Virus record (IMG/VR): IMGVR_UViG_3300020718_000020
Coordinates: 1-43,264 of that record
Source: a virus
Taxonomy: Duplodnaviria > Caudoviricetes
Length of the DNA: 43,264 nt
Strand: one strand, 5' to 3'
This document shows, in pieces, positions 1 through 8,851 of the stretch. The notes below the pieces were generated by a model. That model saw nothing but the letters and a program-made list of their open reading frames with translations, ran no database searches and was not told where the DNA came from. Position 1 is the stretch's first letter, and each line of letters starts with the position of its first letter. The translations under genes and the position numbers were made by a program.

Positions 1-894
1 TTAAGACTTTGTTCCGCAGTTTGGACAAAATTTCCAAGATTGTTTCTTAATTCTTGTACCACATTCTGAACAATAGTTTCTTATTTCTGTGGTTTCGACA
101 GGTTTTTGTGATTCTGGAAGGATCTTCCATTCAATGGTTGTGATTGGAAGAACACTGAAATCCATGTCTATTGCAGAGAATTCCTGTTTTGAAGTTCCAC
201 CTTTTTCAACCCTTCCGGTTTCAAGTTCCATTGAATCCATTGTCACTTCATTTTTTAATGATTGACTTCTTAATGTTCCGGATGTTAATTTGAAAGTTCC
301 TGAAGAAGTTGTATATCCAGAAGTACCGGACCATGTTGTCGTACTAGTGCTTGAAGCATTGTATGAATCAGGTAATGGTACTGTTGAATTCGTTGAACAA
401 TAAAAGTTAGAATTCCAATTGTCATTGCTCTTCGATGGACCACCGAAAAAACCACCCGCTTGGTGCGGCATGTTTCCATTCACCCATGTGATACCATCAA
501 TTCGTTGTGGTCCGTATATTGTTCTGTCGCCAATCAATGCTGGAAATGTTGGAAGCTTGACTTTTTCAGGATAGAATTCAACCTTAATTGAACCATTGTT
601 TTTGATAGCTTCTAAAACTTCAGAATTGTCTCCTTGAACTTTGTACGTAGAAAATTTGAACTTACGATTTTCATCGATGTAACGATCTAAAAAGTATCTC
701 ATTCCAGGTCTAAGAACTAAACCCGAGTCTGAAATCAATTGATCATTGATCCAAATTTTTGCTAATACCGATTGGCTGTGCGGATTGAAGAGTTCGATTT
801 GAAACTCGTCATTGTCTTTTAAATAGACTACGTCTGCATAGGATTTCAGACGGTTGTTGTTTAGCGCAATATGCGCCTGAGGTTGTGTACTCAT
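1..894 (-). CDS. Phage protein with C-terminal zinc ribbon (CxxC...CxxC)
   Basis: 297-aa ORF ending in CSECG...FCPNCG. It has a beta-rich N-terminal domain and a Ser/Thr-rich low-complexity linker. Stop codon at 1-3. Confidence 0.7.
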   Translation of the reverse strand: MSTQPQAHIALNNNRLKSYADVVYLKDNDEFQIELFNPHSQSVLAKIWINDQLISDSGLVLRPGMRYFLDRYIDENRKFKFSTYKVQGDNSEVLEAIKNNGSIKVEFYPEKVKLPTFPALIGDRTIYGPQRIDGITWVNGNMPHQAGGFFGGPSKSNDNWNSNFYCSTNSTVPLPDSYNASSTSTTTWSGTSGYTTSSGTFKLTSGTLRSQSLKNEVTMDSMELETGRVEKGGTSKQEFSAIDMDFSVLPITTIEWKILPESQKPVETTEIRNYCSECGTRIKKQSWKFCPNCGTKS

Positions 895-991
895 AGTGCT
901 TGTTGTTTGTTTTTAAAATCCATTCATTGCTCTTTCAAACAATTCTAAAGTCATTAGCGACTCTGGACCTCAAGTGTATTTGGCACCACTT
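892..991 (-). promoter_or_regulatory. Candidate structured cis-regulatory RNA leader (three-way junction plus upstream hairpin)
   Basis: Minus-strand stems: GAGGUCCA/UGGAUUUU, GAGUCG-CUAA-UGACUU and AUUGUUU-GAAA-GAGCAAU. An upstream hairpin AAGUG/CACUU is also present. The G-U pairs form only on the minus strand. Confidence 0.5.
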
Positions 992-1028
992 AAAAAAATA
1001 AAGGTCTTAAGTTTTTAACCTTAAGACC
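992..1028 (-). terminator. Rho-independent terminator downstream of the tRNA
   Basis: GGTCTTAAG-N8-CTTAAGACC followed by TTTATTTTTTT on the minus strand. Confidence 0.75.
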
Positions 1029-1033
1029 CGGAG

Positions 1034-1325
1034 CAGAGGGAGAGGGATTCGAACCCCCGGACCTGTTACAGTCTCCAGTTTTCCTTACCACTATAGTTTT
1101 CACTACCTTCTCGTTTTGTGGTCTGGACTTTATCTCAACCATATCATTTCTGACTTAGGCCACTTCCGTTAAGTCTCTACACGTTCTCATTTTATTGAGC
1201 TTCGCTCGGGGTTGCCATTTAACAGGTTTCTCCGAATTTGAAAGTGTTTGCAGCATAATTTTTCAACTATGCAGCTCGATTTTAGAATTAAGACTGGTGC
1301 AATAAACCAACTCTACCATCCCTCT
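1034..1325 (-). tRNA. tRNA-Ser(UGA), split by a group I intron (exons 1325-1290 and 1083-1034)
   Basis: Joined exons give acceptor stem AGAGGGA/TCCCTCT, discriminator G, anticodon stem CCAGT/ACTGG with loop CT-TGA-AA, a long variable arm and T-arm GGGGG-TTCGAAT-CCCTC. CCA is not encoded. Confidence 0.92.
1084..1289 (-). ncRNA. Self-splicing group I intron (IC3-like, 206 nt, no ORF)
   Basis: 5' exon ends in U and pairs with the guide sequence (CUU/GAG). The intron ends in G. Core elements: P AAAUUCGGAGAAA, Q AACCCCGAGC, R GUAGAGACUUAA, S GAGAUAAAGUCC, P3 CACUUUC/GGAAGUG. P2 has a GAAA tetraloop and P8 a CCUAAG..UAUGG receptor. Confidence 0.9.
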
Positions 1326-1354
1326 GTATATTAAAGAACTTAATTTAACTAATC

Positions 1355-1383
1355 TATATATCAATAACAATTATTTTGTTTCA
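1355..1383 (-). promoter_or_regulatory. Promoter for the tRNA (TGAAACA-N16-TATATA, overlapping a GATATATA late-type box)
   Basis: Matches both promoter motifs that recur in intergenic regions of this window. Confidence 0.55.
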
Positions 1384-1385
1384 AA

Positions 1386-2111
1386 TTATATTTTATCTAC
1401 CTGAATATTAAAATTTACTACACATCGATGAGACTTACCATAGAATGGAGTTACTGAATGCACAATATCATAAGGCCATAAAATTAAGGTTCCCTTCTTT
1501 GGTCTAACATAATAATCGTAATCTCTTACATGAAAAACAAATGCTCCAGAATAGGTATGATCCTCAACTGGTTCTCCATCTGATAAATAATAACCTCCAG
1601 AAAAACCGATGAATGGAGCCTCACTTGGATCCCATCTACAGTGATTGTGTTTATTATGGCCTCGACCATGATGCGGTTCATACCATTGTGCCCAACTCTC
1701 TGTGATGACTGGATTTAATTCTGCTTCATGTGGTACCGCTTGAATTGCAACCAGGGTGTATTTAAATGCCTCTTCAATTCGACGTCTCATCTCCTTTACG
1801 TCTTCATTATCCAATTCTAAAAAGTTATTCGGTGGTACTGAAAACCTTGAACCTATTGCCGGAAATCCATCCTCAACCCATTGATCCTTATTTCCATACC
1901 AATCTTTATACTCCTTATATCTCTCTTCATCGTAACGACCTGGTAACTCTTGGCCCATTCGTCTCTGTGCCTCATTTAACTCGGTAAATCCTAATTGAAA
2001 AATTCTTTCATGTAATTCATCGTCATCGAATTGTTTTTGGAACACTGGTATCGGTGCGAGATAGTGGATATTTTCCACTGGAGTCTTGATTAGTGGTCTT
2101 TTGAAATACAT
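1386..2111 (-). CDS. Putative 2OG-Fe(II) oxygenase (TIGR02466-like)
   Basis: ESWAQWY...HNKHNH...SGGYYL...PKKGTLILWP..HSV.P....R.VVNFN fits the double-stranded beta-helix oxygenase pattern. Confidence 0.75.
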   Translation of the reverse strand: MYFKRPLIKTPVENIHYLAPIPVFQKQFDDDELHERIFQLGFTELNEAQRRMGQELPGRYDEERYKEYKDWYGNKDQWVEDGFPAIGSRFSVPPNNFLELDNEDVKEMRRRIEEAFKYTLVAIQAVPHEAELNPVITESWAQWYEPHHGRGHNKHNHCRWDPSEAPFIGFSGGYYLSDGEPVEDHTYSGAFVFHVRDYDYYVRPKKGTLILWPYDIVHSVTPFYGKSHRCVVNFNIQVDKI

Positions 2112-2112
2112 A

Positions 2113-2904
2113 TTAAACGTGTTTTAGGTAAAGATTCTTTGAAATAAGTGTATCTATAAATTTATTTATTCTGCGCATCGTATCGTCTTCGATAAGATCA
2201 AAATGATAACAATCGTCTTCTCTACCTCTTATTACAATGGGTTCATATTTGTTAATGAATTCCTCCAAAGAACAATCCGCATATATGTACATACAGTATT
2301 CTTCAATACATGTTTTTATACCATCGTTAACATAAATTTCTAATAGTTTACTTGCGACTTGATTGTTACGAGAATAAAAGAAACAGAAATTGGGTACCAG
2401 TTGAAGATCTTCCCACTTCCAACTGTATTTTTCCATAAGTTCATTCTGTACACTTATCCATGGATACGTATTGGGATCCAATTTTTTGATCCAATCCTTT
2501 TGAGGATTGTCTTTGATGTGTTGTAGTATCTTTGTTTCATAATCCAATGGATAACCATAGGTTGTACATTGTACATCGTTTCCTGATCTTATGATGTTCC
2601 AAAAATCATCGTCTATCGGTTTAATGATATGGACGTCCCAATCCAAAAATAGATACTCATCATACATTTTTTCTGCTTTGCTAAGAGCTCTAAGCTTATG
2701 TGCAAAATGATCGTATATCGTACTGTATTCAGGTTGTGTTACACCTCTGTTCATTAAAACAGTTTTATAACCCATTGATTTGAATCTAGATTCATTTTCT
2801 AATCCCCACACGAATACAACCTCATCCGTAAAAAGTGGAGTTGCTGGAACCTCTTTCCATGTTTTTTCTTGGTTTCCCCAAAATGTTCTGATTATTTGTA
2901 TCAT
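2113..2904 (-). CDS. DxD-motif glycosyl/nucleotidyl-transferase-like protein
   Basis: HKLRAL...YLFLDWDV motif, later PNFCFFY and IEEY segments. Similar to the two neighbouring genes. Confidence 0.55.
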   Translation of the reverse strand: MIQIIRTFWGNQEKTWKEVPATPLFTDEVVFVWGLENESRFKSMGYKTVLMNRGVTQPEYSTIYDHFAHKLRALSKAEKMYDEYLFLDWDVHIIKPIDDDFWNIIRSGNDVQCTTYGYPLDYETKILQHIKDNPQKDWIKKLDPNTYPWISVQNELMEKYSWKWEDLQLVPNFCFFYSRNNQVASKLLEIYVNDGIKTCIEEYCMYIYADCSLEEFINKYEPIVIRGREDDCYHFDLIEDDTMRRINKFIDTLISKNLYLKHV

Positions 2905-3881
2905 TAAAAGTGTTTCTGTGTTTTATACTTACTTAATCGAGGATGCTCTAATAACATTCTATAATCTGGAAAGTTTGACCAAATCTCATCATAGAATCTA
3001 ACGCAATCCATTACCATTCGATTCGGATCCTGTCCATACACGACCTTTGCTAGCCAAACGTGTTCCCATTCACATGCTGCATCTTTACTAATATCATGCT
3101 CTATTGGCCAGTACCATGCTTCTGAAGCTCCATTATTTCTGCTTGATTTATTTCCATAATCAGAATCACTTAAGAAAACTCGATCTGTCAATGAATCAAC
3201 CTTGTATCGACCATCTCTAAAACATTGACCCAAAACACCTTGATCTGTCAATAGCCAAAACCATTCCGGAACCGGATCGTTTGTTGATACCATCTTCTTA
3301 TGTTCTGCTACATATTCTTTTATCAACTCCATGTTATTCACGCACATAAAAGAAGTGTTTGGAATCCAGGCGTTTGGATTATAGTTCTCTGGTAATTTAT
3401 AGTGATTGATCTCCTTCTCAAACTGATCCTTTGTGAAATAATAATAGCCTCGAGGAATCTCCCAGTGACCAATTACAATATCATTATCTTTACAGATCTG
3501 TGGAAGTGTATTTCTTACAATAAAATCCTGATCCAGAAACGTAAATGGTTCCTTTTCGAATTGTAGACAGTGAATCTTTCCTGAGGTCCAGAAGTGAGCC
3601 GCATCGATCTCGGTATAGTTGTCAAGCTCTTCAATAGAAACCTCATTATAGATATAATCAATATCGTATTCTTTATAGAAGTTGAGCCCTATTGTATCTG
3701 TATACAGCTTGATGGGTCCATTTAATTGTTTCCATCGTAAAACTGATAGAATTGTGTATAACAATTGATAATCGGGCTGATCGTACTCGCTTGAAAGTTC
3801 ACGCTGAATTTTAAAGCCGTGACCTCGTAATCGGTGTCTTTCAAAAAATGGTTTTGTCCAGTTTACATGGATTGCTTTCAT
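2904..3881 (-). CDS. DxD-motif glycosyltransferase-like protein (DUF6734-like)
   Basis: MKAIHVNWTKP start, IKLYTD, FWTSGKI, PFTFLDQDF, PNTSF, DQGVL. Confidence 0.6.
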   Translation of the reverse strand: MKAIHVNWTKPFFERHRLRGHGFKIQRELSSEYDQPDYQLLYTILSVLRWKQLNGPIKLYTDTIGLNFYKEYDIDYIYNEVSIEELDNYTEIDAAHFWTSGKIHCLQFEKEPFTFLDQDFIVRNTLPQICKDNDIVIGHWEIPRGYYYFTKDQFEKEINHYKLPENYNPNAWIPNTSFMCVNNMELIKEYVAEHKKMVSTNDPVPEWFWLLTDQGVLGQCFRDGRYKVDSLTDRVFLSDSDYGNKSSRNNGASEAWYWPIEHDISKDAACEWEHVWLAKVVYGQDPNRMVMDCVRFYDEIWSNFPDYRMLLEHPRLSKYKTQKHF

Positions 3882-3885
3882 ACAA

Positions 3886-4800
3886 TTAGAGTCTTAAATA
3901 CTCATTATATGTATCAAGTTGAGAAAGTTTATTCTGGATCCTATCGTGTATTTCTGGATCGATTGCATTGATCTTGTCCATGATGACTTCAATGTACCAT
4001 TCTTGCTTGTCTGGTCTTGCCGCAAAATTATATTTGTCAAGCCAAAGATGCATTGAATGTCTCCAAGTGTCTCCCAATTTCCAAATTCCATCTCGATTAG
4101 AGAACCATTTGCCTCCATCTTTATAGGTTCCAGAGATTAATAATTTGTAAGAGTAGTCATTGGATCCCGTGATCGCAGCTAACATTTGTTGCTCTGCAAA
4201 AACAGTGTATTGATTACGATTAAATTTATGAGATTCTAATTTCGATGCGTTCTTCATGTAACCGATCGCATTTCGGGTGTAGTCTTTATTTAATAGAGTG
4301 TCTCCCATGTATATGAATGCCATATTGAATGGATTTGAGATCCAACACGTAGAAACATCCATTTTAAATCTTGCCTCTTTTAATTTTTCTCGAGGAGACG
4401 CATATACATTATTGAAAAGCCACATCTCTTTATGGTATACTCCCAGATCATGAAAGAAGAGATCGGTCTTGGATAGATCTTCAAAACAGATAAAATCCAG
4501 GTCTGACATGACATATTGAGTCTCTTGGGCCTGCATCACTCTGATCTTTCCTGAAGACCAAAATTGTGTCTTATTAATATCTATTGGCTCATCTAATAGG
4601 GTTGAATCTACCTCATCCCATGCATCAAGAATTCCAATTGATTCAATGATATGAAGCGTATTGGAATCACAATATAGTTTCGTAGGTTTATCATAAAACT
4701 TTTTCCAAAGTTCTATTTGACCTAGCATCATGTAGAGCTCAGCCTTCCAAAATTTGAATGGCTTATCTAACTGTTGACATACATGTATGTGAGTAGACAT
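3886..4800 (-). CDS. DxD-motif glycosyltransferase-like protein (DUF6734-like)
   Basis: KLYCD, FWSSGKI, YVMSDLDF, FNMAF, FAEQQML. Paralog of the adjacent gene. Confidence 0.6.
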   Translation of the reverse strand: MSTHIHVCQQLDKPFKFWKAELYMMLGQIELWKKFYDKPTKLYCDSNTLHIIESIGILDAWDEVDSTLLDEPIDINKTQFWSSGKIRVMQAQETQYVMSDLDFICFEDLSKTDLFFHDLGVYHKEMWLFNNVYASPREKLKEARFKMDVSTCWISNPFNMAFIYMGDTLLNKDYTRNAIGYMKNASKLESHKFNRNQYTVFAEQQMLAAITGSNDYSYKLLISGTYKDGGKWFSNRDGIWKLGDTWRHSMHLWLDKYNFAARPDKQEWYIEVIMDKINAIDPEIHDRIQNKLSQLDTYNEYLRL

Positions 4801-4810
4801 TTATATAGAT

Positions 4811-7624
4811 TTAGACGTTTCTAACTCTAACGATCGGCGCGTTCATACCAGTCTGATCGTTGAACTTCGCAATCAATTGATTCATTGCTACAACCAGCGC
4901 CGTAATATCCTGTGAATTATTCGGTGATGCTGTAGTTGGTAAATTACCGACAGCTGCGGTATTTTTTGCGATCGCAGCATTTGTTGGCGTTGAAGGCGCA
5001 GAGCTTCCTGTAAAGAATCCTGAAACCGAACTACTGAATCCTGAGATTGCACTTCCAACCTCTTGCATGATTCCAGTCTGTTGTTGACCGCTCGTTGCTA
5101 GATTGTTCTTTGTATCTTCAATCATCTTTGCAAGTTCTTGAATCGCACTGGTCAATTGTTCTCCCATCTTATCGATTGCGTTTCCAGATTTTGCAAGGTA
5201 AGTTAAACCATTGAATAGATCTGCAGTGAATTTTAGGTTTGTTTGATCGAAATCATTTACTGCATCTTTAAATCTAACAAAGTGATCGACGTATTTGCCA
5301 TACTGTCCAACGAATGTTGCGTATCCATCGGCATAATCAACTATCTGTTTGATCTTATCTGCGAGTGTTCCAGTCATTGAAACCATGTCTGCATTTACCA
5401 AAGCATTTCCTTTTGCATCAGGAGTGTATGCTGCATTAAATGCACCTACCAATCCAATAACTTTGGCCTTTACTGCTTCTGGATCAATTTTGTTATCTGC
5501 AATTTCTTGTGCAATCTTTGCAAGTGCGGCGATTGGATTTGCAAATTCGCTAACCAATTCAATACCATGTTGGATTTTTGATTTACCGAACCACCATCCT
5601 CTATCCGCTTCTGGGCTCTTACCGATATCGCCAAAGACTCCAGAAAGACCATGAACTATATTTTGTACGTTTGAAGTTACGGTGTCCCAAACTCCTGCAT
5701 CCAATTGATGATAACCGACGATTTTTGTACCTTCATAGATAGGAAACTTTAAGTTTGCCATATCCTGCATGCCACGTGCAATGGATCCCAATGCATTACC
5801 CATACCTAAAACAGCATCAACTCCGTCAGCCACTCGAGACTGCCCAATTAAAGAGCTTAAAAAATGACTACCACCTGGATATTGTGCTCCAATCTTACCG
5901 AATTCATTTGCCAGAACATTTACCATGATTCCAGTGTTTGATGCAACCTTGCCCCAAACTGAATTATCTAAAGTTTCATATCTTACAATTTTTGTTCCTT
6001 CATATACTGGGAACTTTAAGCTTGCCATTCCTTGCATACCGACTGCGATTGAGGTTAGGGCATTACCCATACCTAAAACTGCGTCGATACCGTCGGCAAC
6101 TGCGGATTGAGATCCAAGTCCAACGAAAGAGAGAAAGTTTCTACCACCTGGAAATTTCTTACCAACTGCTCCAAAGGCATCGGCTAACACAGTGGTTACC
6201 TTTGCGATCTGAGCTGGTAATATATCATAATTGATCTTCATGGATTGGAACGATTGAATTCCCCATGCGATTGATTTTAATGCAAATCCTGCCATAATCA
6301 TTGCTGGAGCTCCTGCATAAATTGCAGCCAGTGCGATCGGCGAGATCATAAATGAATTACCTAACGAATACATTAAATATTCCATCTTTGACATCATTCT
6401 TCCCCCTCCGAATCCAAAGATTCCTTCTGTTTTATGTCCAGAGTCAGCCAATAACGCATCAACTCCACCGCTTTTAAATGCAGCTGCAAGAGAAGAGATT
6501 CCAAATCCAATTGCAACCAGTGCAACTCCAGCGACCAACATTGCTGCGGCTCCAGCCAGAATAAATGGTGCTGCGGCTCCGGCAATTGCCATTCCAGCTC
6601 CAATTCCAGCAACTGCTGCTGCGATTTGAGCAAGTGTAATCCAACCACTTTCATCAGGTGATACGGATTTAGAGAACAATAGCGCGGCAAGTCCCAATAA
6701 GATAATTGGTATCGTTGCTAATGTCATCACGATTGCTCCTTTAAGTACCTCAGTTGCAAATTCTCCAATTAATGCAAATGCAATACCGGTTCCTAATACT
6801 AGGGCTCCGATCTGTGCCATCATGATCCATGGATCTTTAACGGTATTCAATAACATTGAAGTTAATACGAATGAAACTCCAAGTGCAAGAATTGCAAGTG
6901 CTGCAAATCCTAATGCCTCTGATGTTTTCTTCATCGAAGAATCGATTCCTAATTTATCCAACAGATAGAATGTTCCTCCAATTACAAGTAGGGAAAGAGC
7001 AATCAATGGAAGTGATGTGATACCAAATGCGTATAATGGCACAGCAAGTACCATCACCAAACCAAGCGCTATGATTCCCAATGCAACTCGATCCAATGCT
7101 TGTAGGGCAGCCATTGTTTTATCATTTGTAAGAGGCTTGGTTGTCCATTCTAATGTCTTTACGATAATAAATAAGCTTAATCCAAATAGAGGAGCAGTAA
7201 TGGCTCCAATTGCCAATAGTGGTGCGGCTAAAAATAAATAGCCTGCAAATTTAAGAATTGCAGGTCCAATCCTTGCGATCGCATCGATACCTGCCGCCAA
7301 TCCTATCATTTTTTCTTTAAGATCTTTACCTTCGCCCTTTAATTTATTAATAGCATCTATAATTAAACTTAAACCCCTACCGATCTCGGTAAGTGCCTTG
7401 CCTCCAATCAATCTCATCATGATTGCAGATCCAGCAGTACCAGCTCCGGCACTTGGTTCACTTTGTTTCTTTGAAGTAGCCTTGATAGCTCTAATTAGTT
7501 CATCAACCTTGCTGAATAACGCACCACCAGGACTAACTGATTCTGCAGTAGTCCTGGTCGCTAGCGCGATTTCTTGTTGGTTGTCTATTGAAAGCTTTTC
7601 AAAAGCACTTTTAAAGATACTCAA
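4811..7624 (-). CDS. Tape-measure-like protein
   Basis: 937 aa, Ala/Gly-rich helical protein with a long hydrophobic central region and internal repeats. It lies downstream of tail tube and tail-assembly genes. Start is TTG in the ORF track. Confidence 0.65.
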   Translation of the reverse strand: MSIFKSAFEKLSIDNQQEIALATRTTAESVSPGGALFSKVDELIRAIKATSKKQSEPSAGAGTAGSAIMMRLIGGKALTEIGRGLSLIIDAINKLKGEGKDLKEKMIGLAAGIDAIARIGPAILKFAGYLFLAAPLLAIGAITAPLFGLSLFIIVKTLEWTTKPLTNDKTMAALQALDRVALGIIALGLVMVLAVPLYAFGITSLPLIALSLLVIGGTFYLLDKLGIDSSMKKTSEALGFAALAILALGVSFVLTSMLLNTVKDPWIMMAQIGALVLGTGIAFALIGEFATEVLKGAIVMTLATIPIILLGLAALLFSKSVSPDESGWITLAQIAAAVAGIGAGMAIAGAAAPFILAGAAAMLVAGVALVAIGFGISSLAAAFKSGGVDALLADSGHKTEGIFGFGGGRMMSKMEYLMYSLGNSFMISPIALAAIYAGAPAMIMAGFALKSIAWGIQSFQSMKINYDILPAQIAKVTTVLADAFGAVGKKFPGGRNFLSFVGLGSQSAVADGIDAVLGMGNALTSIAVGMQGMASLKFPVYEGTKIVRYETLDNSVWGKVASNTGIMVNVLANEFGKIGAQYPGGSHFLSSLIGQSRVADGVDAVLGMGNALGSIARGMQDMANLKFPIYEGTKIVGYHQLDAGVWDTVTSNVQNIVHGLSGVFGDIGKSPEADRGWWFGKSKIQHGIELVSEFANPIAALAKIAQEIADNKIDPEAVKAKVIGLVGAFNAAYTPDAKGNALVNADMVSMTGTLADKIKQIVDYADGYATFVGQYGKYVDHFVRFKDAVNDFDQTNLKFTADLFNGLTYLAKSGNAIDKMGEQLTSAIQELAKMIEDTKNNLATSGQQQTGIMQEVGSAISGFSSSVSGFFTGSSAPSTPTNAAIAKNTAAVGNLPTTASPNNSQDITALVVAMNQLIAKFNDQTGMNAPIVRVRNV
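5680..6200 (-). repeat. Intragenic tandem duplication, period 267 nt (89 aa)
   Basis: VADG(I/V)DAVLGMGNAL...LKFP(V/I)YEGTKIV occurs twice. The sequence cattacccatacctaaaac starts at both 5794 and 6061. Confidence 0.85.
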
Positions 7625-7659
7625 TGTCTTCTAATTCTTTTTAGTATATATCACCGTTA

Positions 7660-7980
7660 CTATCTTGGCATCTTCATCGAAGGCATCTTCATGGTTGGAA
7701 CATTAATCTTTGGCATTTTCATTCCAGTGTTTTGCATCATCTGGTTTTGTTGCTCTTGTTGACCTTCTTCTCCCTTCTGTTGCTTCTTCATTACTTCGGT
7801 TAGATCCTTTGTGTAATAATGATATTCATAGAATTCCATATTTTCGATCTCTGAAGGTTGTAATTTCAGATGATAAATCATCCAAAACTTAGTCTTAAAG
7901 AAGTTCTCCAGCGATATCTTGAATAATGAAAAGAGATTTGATTCCGTCACGAAAGGTGATTGGTACGAGGACCTCCTCAT
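7660..7980 (-). CDS. gp51-like tail/baseplate assembly protein, possibly expressed as a frameshift extension of the upstream gene
   Basis: SLENFFKTKFWMIYHLKLQPSEIENMEFYE resembles gp51-like proteins of T4-like phages. Overlaps the upstream ORF by 86 nt in the +1 frame. Confidence 0.6.
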   Translation of the reverse strand: MRRSSYQSPFVTESNLFSLFKISLENFFKTKFWMIYHLKLQPSEIENMEFYEYHYYTKDLTEVMKKQQKGEEGQQEQQNQMMQNTGMKMPKINVPTMKMPSMKMPR

Positions 7981-8851
7981 CCTCGTGTTGAACTAACATT
8001 TCTGGCTGAACTCCGATCTTCATCTTTTCTGCCAATCTGTAAACCAACATATATTTCTTTTCATTCCATGCGTTAAACGAAACTTCACCTTTAAAGATCG
8101 ATGCTTCATTAAATCCTCTCCAATCCTTTTGAATGTATGGAAGGATTTGTAGATATGCCTGATCCCAAGGTTTCTTTTCAATTTGACGAATTCTAATGTA
8201 ATCCGTAACCTGTTCCATGATACCGATCGTTGGAGGTCTCATTGAAATTGTTCCGAATGAACGAGTTTGAATTTCATATGAACGAGTTTGATCGTCATAA
8301 TACTTTTCAATTTCTTCTGGAACTCTTGATAACTGAAAATATTTTGATGCAATTTCAGCATCGAACTCTTCACCATCTCTGGTTTTAGCCTTTACGGTTA
8401 ATTTAAGTTCTGGTTCTGGGAATGTTAAATCTCTTATCGATAACAATAAAAAGATTCTATCCTCTTCCAAAATATCTTTGTACGAGTAAACTTTGTTCTT
8501 TGAAACAAATCTAATACAAGATTTAATGATGTAATTTAATTTCTCTTCAATATCGATCAAATTGTTTTCATCGACAGTTGAGAATTGTCTGATCTCTGCA
8601 ACTTTTGCTGATCTAATAGAGATTGTTGAATCTGCTGGATAAAACTTACCAGCGGATGGTAAATTTATCATTTCAACATTGTAATATCCTAGGATAACAT
8701 CAGCCTCTTCAGCTGTTTGGGTGGCAAATCTTTTCATATCTACCCTTCCCAAATTTATGGGTTCTGACTGCGCCGTTTGAGATTGATCTCCTTTTTCGGC
8801 CTGCTCTACCAATTGCTTGTACTGATCTTGTAGGTTTTCGTTTTCTTGCAT
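7895..8851 (-). CDS. gp26-like baseplate hub / tail assembly chaperone
   Basis: LPSAGKFYP, IRSAKVAE and EDRIFLLLSIR motifs. Position between tail tube and tape measure genes. Confidence 0.7.
   Translation of the reverse strand: MQENENLQDQYKQLVEQAEKGDQSQTAQSEPINLGRVDMKRFATQTAEEADVILGYYNVEMINLPSAGKFYPADSTISIRSAKVAEIRQFSTVDENNLIDIEEKLNYIIKSCIRFVSKNKVYSYKDILEEDRIFLLLSIRDLTFPEPELKLTVKAKTRDGEEFDAEIASKYFQLSRVPEEIEKYYDDQTRSYEIQTRSFGTISMRPPTIGIMEQVTDYIRIRQIEKKPWDQAYLQILPYIQKDWRGFNEASIFKGEVSFNAWNEKKYMLVYRLAEKMKIGVQPEMLVQHEDEEVLVPITFRDGIKSLFIIQDIAGELL

Noticed and set aside
1084-1290. Alternative splice register giving tRNA-Ser(GGA)
   Set aside because: The intron would end in A rather than the required terminal G, and the U-G pair at the 5' splice site would be lost.
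8257-8291. 14-nt direct repeat atgaacgagtttga spaced 21 nt apart
   Set aside because: It encodes a local QTRS peptide repeat within the gp26-like gene, with no sign of a separate function.
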